Positions 30,428 to 38,841 of a DNA stretch of 64,000 nucleotides are shown here, one piece after another. The first letter of the stretch is position 1. Each line of letters opens with the position of its first letter. The DNA is from Candidatus Latescibacterota bacterium (lineage in GTDB: Bacteria > Latescibacterota > UBA2968 > UBA8231): contig CBDCXV010000005.1 in NCBI GenBank assembly GCA_965223905.1, forward strand, positions 27,070 to 91,069, written 5' to 3'. Made by a program: the position numbers and the translations under genes. The notes beneath the pieces were generated by a model that saw nothing but the letters and a program-made list of their open reading frames with translations, was not told the origin of the DNA and ran no database searches.

Positions 30428-31704
30428 TTGCCCACCTGTGTCGCTTGGCGTGGAACCGGCGGCGAACCAACCTGTTGCTTATTGGGGAACTGACGCTGGT
30501 TTTTTTGATCGTGGCGCTCATGGGCGTCGGCTGGGTGTTGTTCGCAGTCGAGAACCTGGAGCCGCTCGGCTTCGAGTACGAGGATGTGCGGGCGGTCAAC
30601 CTGGGTAGGCACGGTTGGAAGCCAGACCCAGGCGAAGAGCAGTCGTCCGCCTTGGGGTACACCATCAAACTGGTCTGGCGAGAAATTCAGGCACTCGGCC
30701 CGGTCGAGTCCGTCGCCCTTGCCAAGCAGTTACCGTTCGGAAGTAGCGGCGTGTGGAACTGGATTACCTCGGTCAACATCTCCAGGGAGGGGTTGGAAAC
30801 GCTGGGGCTGCAGATGCACAGCGGGCGCTGGTTCGAGCCGGAGGACGAGACGCTCTCGGGCAACTGGCATCCGGTCGTCATTGACCTGAGGCTCAGTCGC
30901 GCACTCTTCGGCGACCAGGACCCGCTGGGCAAGGTCATCGAGGACGCACCAATAATAAAAGAGAAGATCAAACAGGATGGATATATCCGGAAGAGCACGA
31001 CAGGGGTTTTTCCTCGGTTCACCAAGTCCCTCGTTGTGGGTGTCGTGGAAAATTGCTCCTATTTCGGAACATACGGGGACTCAGAGAGCGAAGTGCCGGG
31101 CACCCTCTTTTTGTTTTTTTCCAACGCGCTAGTCAATACGCTCGATTCAAACACCGACGTCCATCTCCTCGTAAAAACCCGTTTGGGGAGCGGACCGGAC
31201 TTCGGCGAAAAGCTCAGAACCAAAGTGCGGGCGGTCGTTCCGGCGGACCAGGCCATACGCTTTAACGTGCGCTCTCTGGCGGAGATGCATGACAATACTC
31301 AAGCCAAAAGGATCCAGCGGCTTAAATTTACCGCCCTGCTCAGCAGCCTGCTGATGCTCATGGTGGTCCTGGGTCTGACCGGCATAATGTGGCAGAACGT
31401 GCGCCGCCGCACCCGGGAGATCGGCGTCCGCCGGGCGGTGGGGGCCGCCGCCGGCAACATCTACAGCCTGTTCCTCGGCGAGCTGGCCGTGCTGGCGACC
31501 GCGGCCATCGCCCTGGGCTGCGTGCCCATCCTCCAATTTGATCTGCCAGATTTGCTGCTGAACAGCTGGATACCGATCCATGTCGCCATCGGCGGGCTGG
31601 CCGCGGGTGCCGTGGTGCTCTATCTGCTGGTGCTGCTGTGCGGGCTATACCCCAGTTGGCTGGCGGCGCGCGTGCGCCCGGCCGAGGCCCTGCACTACGA
31701 ATGA
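30424..31704 (+). CDS. MacB/FtsX-type ABC permease, B-type paralog 3
   Basis: ATGA overlap with A3; paralog of B1/B2. Confidence 0.9.
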   Translation: MIAHLCRLAWNRRRTNLLLIGELTLVFLIVALMGVGWVLFAVENLEPLGFEYEDVRAVNLGRHGWKPDPGEEQSSALGYTIKLVWREIQALGPVESVALAKQLPFGSSGVWNWITSVNISREGLETLGLQMHSGRWFEPEDETLSGNWHPVVIDLRLSRALFGDQDPLGKVIEDAPIIKEKIKQDGYIRKSTTGVFPRFTKSLVVGVVENCSYFGTYGDSESEVPGTLFLFFSNALVNTLDSNTDVHLLVKTRLGSGPDFGEKLRTKVRAVVPADQAIRFNVRSLAEMHDNTQAKRIQRLKFTALLSSLLMLMVVLGLTGIMWQNVRRRTREIGVRRAVGAAAGNIYSLFLGELAVLATAAIALGCVPILQFDLPDLLLNSWIPIHVAIGGLAAGAVVLYLLVLLCGLYPSWLAARVRPAEALHYE

Positions 31705-31738
31705 GTGGTGTATGGGAGGAACAACCTGAAAGGAGATA

Positions 31739-33409
31739 CCTGAATCCGTGATCGCTTTTATAGCGAGTGATCAAATTTGATATTTAAGCTGGGTCATGTA
31801 CTTGTCAACAGAGGATTTGGGTGTCAACGACAGGCCATTACGTCGGATTCCGCTACCGATGGCTCTCCAAGTCGATAGGAGTCGCAAGAGCGCGCATACG
31901 CGTGCCTTGAGTGCTCCGGGAAGTCGAGGGCGGGGGAAGTCGTCGCCTTCAGGCACACACTCTCAGGTAGGTCCGTCTCCAGACATCGAACCAGGGGTTG
32001 AAACACCCGAAGCTGAGGCCGAAACGGCGCCCATGCCGGACCCAGCGAGCGGCTTGGTACATGAGATCCAGAATGACCGTGCGGAGCCGACGACGGCCGG
32101 CCTTTTTACGAAAAGTCACGTGCTTTTCGGGGGGCAGGCGGCGCGCCTCGCGCAGGCTGGTCTGGCCGCACAGGCGCAGGGTGTTGTAGGCCATCATGGC
32201 CAGCAGCAACACCAGGGCGTTGGTGGCGAACTTGCCCGACGGCAGGCGTTCGAGGTCCATGTCCGTTTTCAGCTCGGAGTGGAATTGCTCGCAGGTGCCG
32301 TGCTCGCGGTAGAGCCGGATCACGTCCTCGGGCGCCGCGGCCAGGTTCGACCACCAGGTCTGCACCTCGATGTCGGGGATCAGCAGCGCCTGACCCTCGG
32401 CGCTGATCGTGCGCCGCACGACCTCGAAAACGACCCGTTCGAAGATCCCCTGTCGCTCCGCTACCAGCGCCCCGGTGAAGAGTTCCTTGCCGGGCCGCGG
32501 ACAGGTGCGCTGGCCCAGGGCCTGGGCCTCCTCCAGCCACGTCTGCTTCGATTCGTGGCGCAGGTTGCGCTTGACGATGAAGTCGGTCTTGGGCGTGCGC
32601 CGCAGCTGCCGTACGGTGGCGATGTCGTCGTGGGCGCTGTCCATGCGCACCAGCAGCTTTTCGCCGGTGATACGGCGCGCCAGCCGCAGCGTCTCTCGAA
32701 GAAAGTCCGGGGCTCCTTGCTGGGAGTGCTGGCTACCCTGCCGCAGCTGGCAGTTGATCAGGTACCCTTCCTGGCCCAGGTAGGCGAAGATCGGGGCAAA
32801 GCCGTCGACCTTCTTGTAGGTCCACGACACCCCTTGTTTTTTGGTGTGGGAGTTGTCGAACACCGACACGTCGATATCGAGCGCGATCCAGGGACCGCAG
32901 CGCCCGTCGGCGACTTCGTAACAGGGGGTGATCGGCGGCGCGTGACGGGCCACCATGTCGGCCGACTCCTCTCGAATCGCGGCTTCCACCGGTCCGGACA
33001 AGCCATCGAGCCGCTGCCGCAGGGTGGCCGCCGACGGCACCGCTTCCAGGCCCAGCGCCTGGCAGAAAAAGGGGTCCGCACGAAACCCTTCCACGGCCTC
33101 GAAATCCGGCTTGCCCAGCGCCAGCAAGCCGATCATCGACGCCATCACGTCACCGTGAGAAACCTCGGGATGGGGTCGTTCCGGCAAGATGATCTCATCC
33201 ACCCGCGCTGCCAGGCGCGTGCGTCCCATCAAGGCCCCGATCAAGGCCAAGCCCGAATGCGACGTCAGCGCTTCTTCGCCCTGCGTAATTTGAAACGAAA
33301 CCGGTCTCAATTCTTCACCTCCAAGGTGAGTCAAAATCCTCCTTTACTATACCCTGGATTCCCCTCGGAAAGCAACCAAAAATCAGGCTCTCGGCTTCAC
33401 GGATTCAGG
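31739..33409 (-). mobile_element. Complete IS1380-family insertion sequence
   Basis: Terminal inverted repeats CCTGAATCCGTGA (31739-31751) and TCACGGATTCAGG (33397-33409); 5-bp direct repeat AGATA on both flanks (31734-31738, 33410-33414). Confidence 0.92.
31949..33334 (-). CDS. IS1380-family DDE transposase (start possibly TTG at 33310)
   Basis: LTSHSGL, PSAATLRQRLD, LDIDVS, RMDSAHD, YREHGTCEQFHSELK, LPSGKFATN. Confidence 0.93.
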   Translation of the reverse strand: MTHLGGEELRPVSFQITQGEEALTSHSGLALIGALMGRTRLAARVDEIILPERPHPEVSHGDVMASMIGLLALGKPDFEAVEGFRADPFFCQALGLEAVPSAATLRQRLDGLSGPVEAAIREESADMVARHAPPITPCYEVADGRCGPWIALDIDVSVFDNSHTKKQGVSWTYKKVDGFAPIFAYLGQEGYLINCQLRQGSQHSQQGAPDFLRETLRLARRITGEKLLVRMDSAHDDIATVRQLRRTPKTDFIVKRNLRHESKQTWLEEAQALGQRTCPRPGKELFTGALVAERQGIFERVVFEVVRRTISAEGQALLIPDIEVQTWWSNLAAAPEDVIRLYREHGTCEQFHSELKTDMDLERLPSGKFATNALVLLLAMMAYNTLRLCGQTSLREARRLPPEKHVTFRKKAGRRRLRTVILDLMYQAARWVRHGRRFGLSFGCFNPWFDVWRRTYLRVCA

Positions 33410-33417
33410 AGATAGAT

Positions 33418-33918
33418 ATGCCCTACGTCTGCTACGCCGTACTAATTTTCACCTTCGCCAGTACGTCCTGTGTACAAACCACCAAGGCCGCGATTTACGG
33501 GATCAAGAGAGGGGTTGTACCTTCTCCTTCGGGGGACTACGACCTGAATGCCCTCGAGGTCATATACGCACCCGAACGGATCGAAGTGGGTAACGAGGTG
33601 ATCTTTAAGGCCTTTTACGATAACCGTGGGAATACCACTGTTCCAAAAAGATCCTTCCATGCTGAATTGCTCATCAATGAACGGAGAGCATTCATTGACT
33701 ACGAACCGGGCCCTGTCCCCAAAACCATGAACATGAGAGAAATCATACCAACTGCTGCTGGCAATTTTTATCAAGTAGGTTTCAAACCGACTGAACCGGG
33801 GACCTATCACTATAAGTTTGTTCTCGATCGGGCTGACCATCTTCCTGAGACCGACGAGAGGAACAATGTGGTAGAAGGTACATTCGTTGTAATCGGCGGC
33901 AGCGGTGAGAGATACTGA
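33418..33918 (+). CDS. Putative lipoprotein with CARDB-like Ig-fold domain
   Basis: Hydrophobic signal ending STSC; DNRG...D...PETDERNN CARDB-type motif; AT-richer. Confidence 0.6.
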   Translation: MPYVCYAVLIFTFASTSCVQTTKAAIYGIKRGVVPSPSGDYDLNALEVIYAPERIEVGNEVIFKAFYDNRGNTTVPKRSFHAELLINERRAFIDYEPGPVPKTMNMREIIPTAAGNFYQVGFKPTEPGTYHYKFVLDRADHLPETDERNNVVEGTFVVIGGSGERY

Positions 33919-33983
33919 AAGGATTCTGGGAAAGACCTCAGTGAGATCGTAGCCCGCACACGGACCATGTAGGACGATCAGCT

Positions 33984-35354
33984 ATGATCCTGGTGGTGGA
34001 CGACGACAGCTCGGTGACCGCTTCCCTGTCCCTGCTGCTGAAGCAGGCGGGATACCAAACAGCGACCGCGGCCTCTCCGCAGGAAGCCCTCGAATCGCTG
34101 GCTCGCGGTCCGTGCGAGCTGGTCCTGCAGGACATGAACTTCTCGCGGCGGACCAGCGGCGAGGAGGGGATGGAGCTGCTGCGGGAGATCAAGCGCCGGC
34201 AAGCCGACCTTCCGGTAATCCTGATTACCGCATGGGGCTCTATCGAGCTGGCGGTGCAGGGGATCAAGGCCGGGGCCGCGGATTTCGTCACCAAGCCCTG
34301 GACCAACAGCCAGATCCTGCAGGCGGTGAAGACCGCCCTCGGACTGGCCGCGGCAACACCTGCGGCCAGAGCCGCGGTGACGCGCGAGGAGCTGGACCGC
34401 CAGGGGGATTTCACCAACATCATCGGCTCCGACCCCGAGCTCCTCAAGCTGCTCGAGGCCGTCCGCCGCGTCGCCCCCACTGAGGCATCGGTGCTGATCA
34501 CTGGCGAGAGCGGCACCGGCAAGGACGAGATCGCCCAGGCCCTCTACCGCAACAGCAGCCGCGGCGAGCAGCCGTTCATCAAGGTCAACCTCGGCGGCAT
34601 CTCCTCGACCCTGTTCGAAAGCGAGATGTTCGGGCACGTCAGGGGGGCCTTCACCGACGCCCGGCAGGACCGCGCCGGCCGCTTCGTCATGGCCGACGGG
34701 GGGACCATCTTCCTCGACGAGATCGGCGACCTCGCCCCGGGCTGTCAGGTGAAGCTCCTGCGCGTGCTGCAGGACCGGACCTATGAAGTGCTGGGGTCGA
34801 GCAGGACCCGTTCCGTCGACGTGCGTGTGATCTCGGCGACCAACCGCAACCTGCTGGAGCTGGTCGAGTCGGGGTCCTTCCGCGAGGACCTGCTGTACCG
34901 CCTCAACCTCATCGTCCTGCACCTGCCGCCCCTGCGCCAGAGGCCGGGGGACATACCGCAGCTGGCGCGCCACTTCGCTCTGGGAGCCGCCCATGTATAC
35001 CGCCGCGACCTGGAGATCGAGGCCGCGGCCCTCGGCTGGCTGCAGGCCCTGCCGTGGCCGGGCAACATCCGCCAGCTCAAGCAGCTGGTGGAGCGGACCG
35101 CCCTGATGAGCTCCGGCCAGGTCCTCGGGACCGGCGATTTCGAAGCCGCCCTGGCGATGCAGCCCGTGGAAGGGCAGGGTGGGCAGGGCGGCCTGCCGGC
35201 CCCGGGAACCATGACCCTCGACGAGCTGGAGCGCTCGATGATCGTCCGCTGCATGGAGCACTACAAGGGGAACATCAGCCGGGTTGCCCAGGCCCTGGGC
35301 CTGAGCCGGGCGGCGCTCTACCGCCGCTTCGAGAAGCACGGGCTCACCCCTTGA
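33984..35354 (+). CDS. Sigma54-dependent response regulator (NtrC family: REC-AAA+-Fis HTH)
   Basis: ILVVDDD, QDMNF, GESGTGK, GAFTDA, FLDEIG, FREDLLYRL, WPGNIRQL, ALGLSRAALYRR. Confidence 0.95.
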   Translation: MILVVDDDSSVTASLSLLLKQAGYQTATAASPQEALESLARGPCELVLQDMNFSRRTSGEEGMELLREIKRRQADLPVILITAWGSIELAVQGIKAGAADFVTKPWTNSQILQAVKTALGLAAATPAARAAVTREELDRQGDFTNIIGSDPELLKLLEAVRRVAPTEASVLITGESGTGKDEIAQALYRNSSRGEQPFIKVNLGGISSTLFESEMFGHVRGAFTDARQDRAGRFVMADGGTIFLDEIGDLAPGCQVKLLRVLQDRTYEVLGSSRTRSVDVRVISATNRNLLELVESGSFREDLLYRLNLIVLHLPPLRQRPGDIPQLARHFALGAAHVYRRDLEIEAAALGWLQALPWPGNIRQLKQLVERTALMSSGQVLGTGDFEAALAMQPVEGQGGQGGLPAPGTMTLDELERSMIVRCMEHYKGNISRVAQALGLSRAALYRRFEKHGLTP

Positions 35355-36649
35355 GTCTGCGCACCAAACTCGCCGGCTACCTCGTCTGCATTCACCTCGC
35401 CTGCGCGGCGGCCGGACACCTGCTGATAGAAGGTTGGCAGTACCTGCTGGGGTTCGACCTGCTCCTCCTGCTGTCGCTGTGGGCAGGCCTGCGCCTGATC
35501 CAGCGCTTCCGGGTGCCGTTCGACCTGATCCACACCGGCGCCGAGCTCATCGGCGAGCGCGACTTCACCAGCAAGTTCACGGAGGTGGGCCAGCCGGAGA
35601 TGGACGGGCTGGTGCGCGTGTACAACCGCATGATCGACCACCTGCGCGAGGAGCGCACGCGGCTGCAGGAGCAGCATTTCTTCATGGAGAAGATCCTGGA
35701 GGCCTCGCCGTCGGGGATCGTCACCCTCGACTTCGACGGCAAGGTCGCCATGGCCAATCCCAGCGCCGCCCGCCTGCTGGGGGTGGCCGAAGGCGAGGCG
35801 CGCGGCCGGCCCCTGGAAGAGCTGGGAACGGCGTTCGCCCGCTCCCTGCAGGAGCTGCGGGTTGGCGAGTCGCGGGTGCTGTCCCTGACAGGGCAGCGGG
35901 TGCGCTGCCGCAAGTCCCAGTTCCTCGACAAGGGGTTCCCGCGCGCCTTCATCCTGATGGAGGAGCTGACCGAGGAACTGCGCCTATCGGAGAAGGCGGC
36001 CTACGAGAAGGTCATCCGCCTGCTCGCCCACGAGGTCAACAACTCGACGGGGGCGGTCAACTCCCTCCTGAACTCCTGCCGCCACTACGGGGAGCAGCTG
36101 CGGGAAGCCGACCGCGGCGATTTCGAGAACGCCCTGCAGGTGGCCAGCGGCCGCATCGACCGTCTCAGCGCCTTCATGCGCAGCTACGCCGAGGTGGTGC
36201 AGCTGCCGTCGCCGCGCCCGCAGCCGGTCGACCTGGAGGCCCTTGTTCGCGGCATCGCCCTGCTGATGCGGGCCGAGTGCGAGCGACGGGGAATCGAGTG
36301 GGAGTGGGATGTTCAGCCTGACCTCGACCCGGTGCCGATGGACGAGAGCCAGATGGAGCAGGTGTTCGTCAATATCCTGAAGAACGCCGTGGAGGCGATC
36401 GGCGAGAAGGGCAGGATAACGGCCCGCCTAGGGCAGACCGGGGGCCGGCCTTTCGCCGTGGTCGAGGATACCGGGCCGGGAATCGACCCGGAAGCGGCGG
36501 GCAATCTGTTCACCCCGTTCTTCAGCACAAAGGAGAACCGGCAGGGCCTCGGCCTGACCCTGGTCCAGGAGATCCTGACCCGGCACGGTTTCGCCTTTTC
36601 CCTCGAAAGCCCGCCGTCCGAACCGACCCGGTTCACCATCCGCTTCTGA
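35351..36649 (+). CDS. PAS-domain sensor histidine kinase
   Basis: TTG start overlapping the regulator stop; two TM helices, HAMP/PAS, AHEVNNS H-box, NILKNAVEA, DTGPGI, FFSTK, GLGL. Confidence 0.92.
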   Translation: MSLRTKLAGYLVCIHLACAAAGHLLIEGWQYLLGFDLLLLLSLWAGLRLIQRFRVPFDLIHTGAELIGERDFTSKFTEVGQPEMDGLVRVYNRMIDHLREERTRLQEQHFFMEKILEASPSGIVTLDFDGKVAMANPSAARLLGVAEGEARGRPLEELGTAFARSLQELRVGESRVLSLTGQRVRCRKSQFLDKGFPRAFILMEELTEELRLSEKAAYEKVIRLLAHEVNNSTGAVNSLLNSCRHYGEQLREADRGDFENALQVASGRIDRLSAFMRSYAEVVQLPSPRPQPVDLEALVRGIALLMRAECERRGIEWEWDVQPDLDPVPMDESQMEQVFVNILKNAVEAIGEKGRITARLGQTGGRPFAVVEDTGPGIDPEAAGNLFTPFFSTKENRQGLGLTLVQEILTRHGFAFSLESPPSEPTRFTIRF

Positions 36650-36836
36650 AGCCCGCCTGGATCCTCTCCTGACCCAGAAGGCCGCCGCGGGGGTCCGCTC
36701 CGTCAGAGGGCGCCGGATGGCGACTCGCGGACCTTGCTCGGCGGGTTGTCCTTCACGAGCACCCGTCTTGCCGCGGTGAGCTCCTCGATGCGGTAATCGT
36801 CGAGGAACCGGTGCTCGCCGGAGAACAGCGCGAGGT

Positions 36837-37829
36837 TCACCGCGGTCTCGGCTCCATCTCCCAGCGCGGCTCGACCCCGGGGTTGACGTACGAGACCGGC
36901 CACCGCTTCTGCGATATGTCGATGATGGAAGCGACCGCCAGCCGGCAGAACCGCTCCAGTTGCGCGGGGTGATAGCCGGCGCTGTGCGGGGTGACCAGGG
37001 TGTTGGGCAGGCCGATCAGCGGGTCGTCCCGCGGCGGCTCCTGCTCGAGGACGTCCAGACCCGCGGCGGCGATGCCGCCGTTGGCGAGCGACTCGGCGAG
37101 GGCGGCCGAGTCGACCACCCCGCCGCGCGAGGTGTTGATCAGGATGGCGGTCGGTTTCATCAGTCCGAGCTCCCGCCGGCCGATCAGGTGCCGGGTGGCC
37201 GGCAGCAGGGGGGTGTGCACGGACACGATGTCGGACGCCGTCAGCATCTCCTCCAGGCTCATCCTTTCGACCCGGTGCTCCGCCATCAGGGCCGGGTCGA
37301 CCAGCGGATCGCAGGCCAGCAACCGGGTGCCGAACGCCTGCAGCCGCGCCGCCACGGCGCGGGCGATGCGGCCGAACCCGACGAGGCCGACGGTCTTGCC
37401 GTCAAGCAGCTCCGGAAGGGGGTTCAGCGGGTCCCAGGCGCCGCGGCGAACCGCGCGCTCGTGGGCCGGGATCCTGCGCGTCATCGACAGGATCAGGCCG
37501 ACGGTGTGCTCGGCCACCGGGACCGCGGTGGCGTCCGGGGTGTTGGCGACGATGATGCCGCGCGCCGTCGCCTCGGCGACCGGGATGTTGTCGGTGCCGC
37601 TGCCGCCGCGGATGATGGCGCCGCAGCGGCGCAGCTCCGGCAGGATCTCCGCGGTGATCGCCCTGACGCCCCCCATGTCCCAGAGGATGTCGGCGTCCGC
37701 GGCGATCTCGACCACCTCCTGCGGCTCGGAGCAGACGCGCTCTACGAGGTCGAAACCGGCCGCCTCGAGCTCGGGCGGCACCCAGCCCGGGGTTTTCTGA
37801 ATCTCCTTCCTTACCAGTGCGACTTTCAT
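36837..37829 (-). CDS. D-isomer-specific 2-hydroxyacid dehydrogenase (SerA/CtBP-like)
   Basis: GLVGFGRIA, INTSRG, LDVLEQEP, TPHSA. Confidence 0.92.
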   Translation of the reverse strand: MKVALVRKEIQKTPGWVPPELEAAGFDLVERVCSEPQEVVEIAADADILWDMGGVRAITAEILPELRRCGAIIRGGSGTDNIPVAEATARGIIVANTPDATAVPVAEHTVGLILSMTRRIPAHERAVRRGAWDPLNPLPELLDGKTVGLVGFGRIARAVAARLQAFGTRLLACDPLVDPALMAEHRVERMSLEEMLTASDIVSVHTPLLPATRHLIGRRELGLMKPTAILINTSRGGVVDSAALAESLANGGIAAAGLDVLEQEPPRDDPLIGLPNTLVTPHSAGYHPAQLERFCRLAVASIIDISQKRWPVSYVNPGVEPRWEMEPRPR

Positions 37830-37870
37830 CTTTCTCTTTCGTTTCGGATTACTGGTGACAGCTGCCGCCT

Positions 37871-38824
37871 TCACTCTTCCTCGAGGGTGAGCTCGAAGGT
37901 CTGCGAGCTGTACCCGGCGAAGATGCCGTACCCGTTCTCGACGTTGCCGTACACGTTCAACGGCTCGGCAAACGGGTTGTCCCGGGTGAAATCGTGGAGC
38001 CTGGCGCTCTTGAGATACTCGTAATACGCCTCGCCGATGTGCAGAACCTGGAGATGGATCCCTGAAAGGTCGGGCTCACTGTCGAAGTCCCCCGCCAGCT
38101 GGATCTCGCTATCGAAGTCGGTGGACAGCTCGATCTCGTGGGTCCGGCCGTCGAAAAGGGTGTCCCTGAAGTACGGGGCTGAGCCTTCGAAGTTCCCCTC
38201 TTCGAACGGCAACCCGTCGACGCTGTTGTCCGCCAGGATCGAGGGATCCTTGGTCGAGAGATACACTTCGGACCTGCTCGCCCCCCTTCCCGTGTAAATG
38301 CGATACATGCTGACCTGGTAGTAGTTCTCCTCGCCGGGAGGATCCTGGATTTCCAGCTTGAGCGAGAACTCGACGCTGTCCCCGGAATCGGAGCGGGAGG
38401 AGGCGAGGGCGCGATACGACAGCACGGATGTCGGCACGGGCTTGGGCACGGTGTCGGTGGCCCGGATCGTCTCGAAGCCGGGGGCCGATACCTGCAGGGA
38501 GTAGGTTTCTCCCGCTTGCAGGGTGCCGTCTCCAAAAACGTACACCTGCGCCGCGTCGTTGAACTCCAGCTCGCCGACGACCCGGTCTCCCGCCAGCAGC
38601 TCCACCTCCGCATCGGCGACCGCCCGCCTGGCCCGCCGGTCATGGGCGGGCACCGACTCGAGAATCCAGGAAGAGCGGCCGACATGGGCGGTCCAGCCGC
38701 CGTCGGAGGTGAAGAAGGCATGCAGCACCAGTCGCGGGGGATGCTCCGGCAGGTCGGGCTCGATCACCTGCGTGCAGGCCGACAGGGCGATCAGGAGCGG
38801 AAGGAGGCGCAGGGCGGCTTTCAT
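37871..38824 (-). CDS. DUF4249-family lipoprotein (TonB-receptor partner)
   Basis: Lipobox LSAC; DPPGEENYY; NPFAEP..VYGNVENGYGIFAG; lies downstream of the TonB receptor. The longer 801-aa ORF upstream is a shadow frame. Confidence 0.85.
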   Translation of the reverse strand: MKAALRLLPLLIALSACTQVIEPDLPEHPPRLVLHAFFTSDGGWTAHVGRSSWILESVPAHDRRARRAVADAEVELLAGDRVVGELEFNDAAQVYVFGDGTLQAGETYSLQVSAPGFETIRATDTVPKPVPTSVLSYRALASSRSDSGDSVEFSLKLEIQDPPGEENYYQVSMYRIYTGRGASRSEVYLSTKDPSILADNSVDGLPFEEGNFEGSAPYFRDTLFDGRTHEIELSTDFDSEIQLAGDFDSEPDLSGIHLQVLHIGEAYYEYLKSARLHDFTRDNPFAEPLNVYGNVENGYGIFAGYSSQTFELTLEEE

Positions 38825-38841
38825 CGCGGGGGCCGTGGAAT

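Noticed and set aside
23197-31704. Diversity-generating retroelement as the cause of permease variation
   Set aside because: No reverse transcriptase or template repeat in the window; differences include indels and are not confined to adenine positions
36703-36840. Small minus-strand ORF coupled to the dehydrogenase stop (GTGA)
   Set aside because: 45 codons with no recognisable motif; may be a gene remnant but cannot be supported
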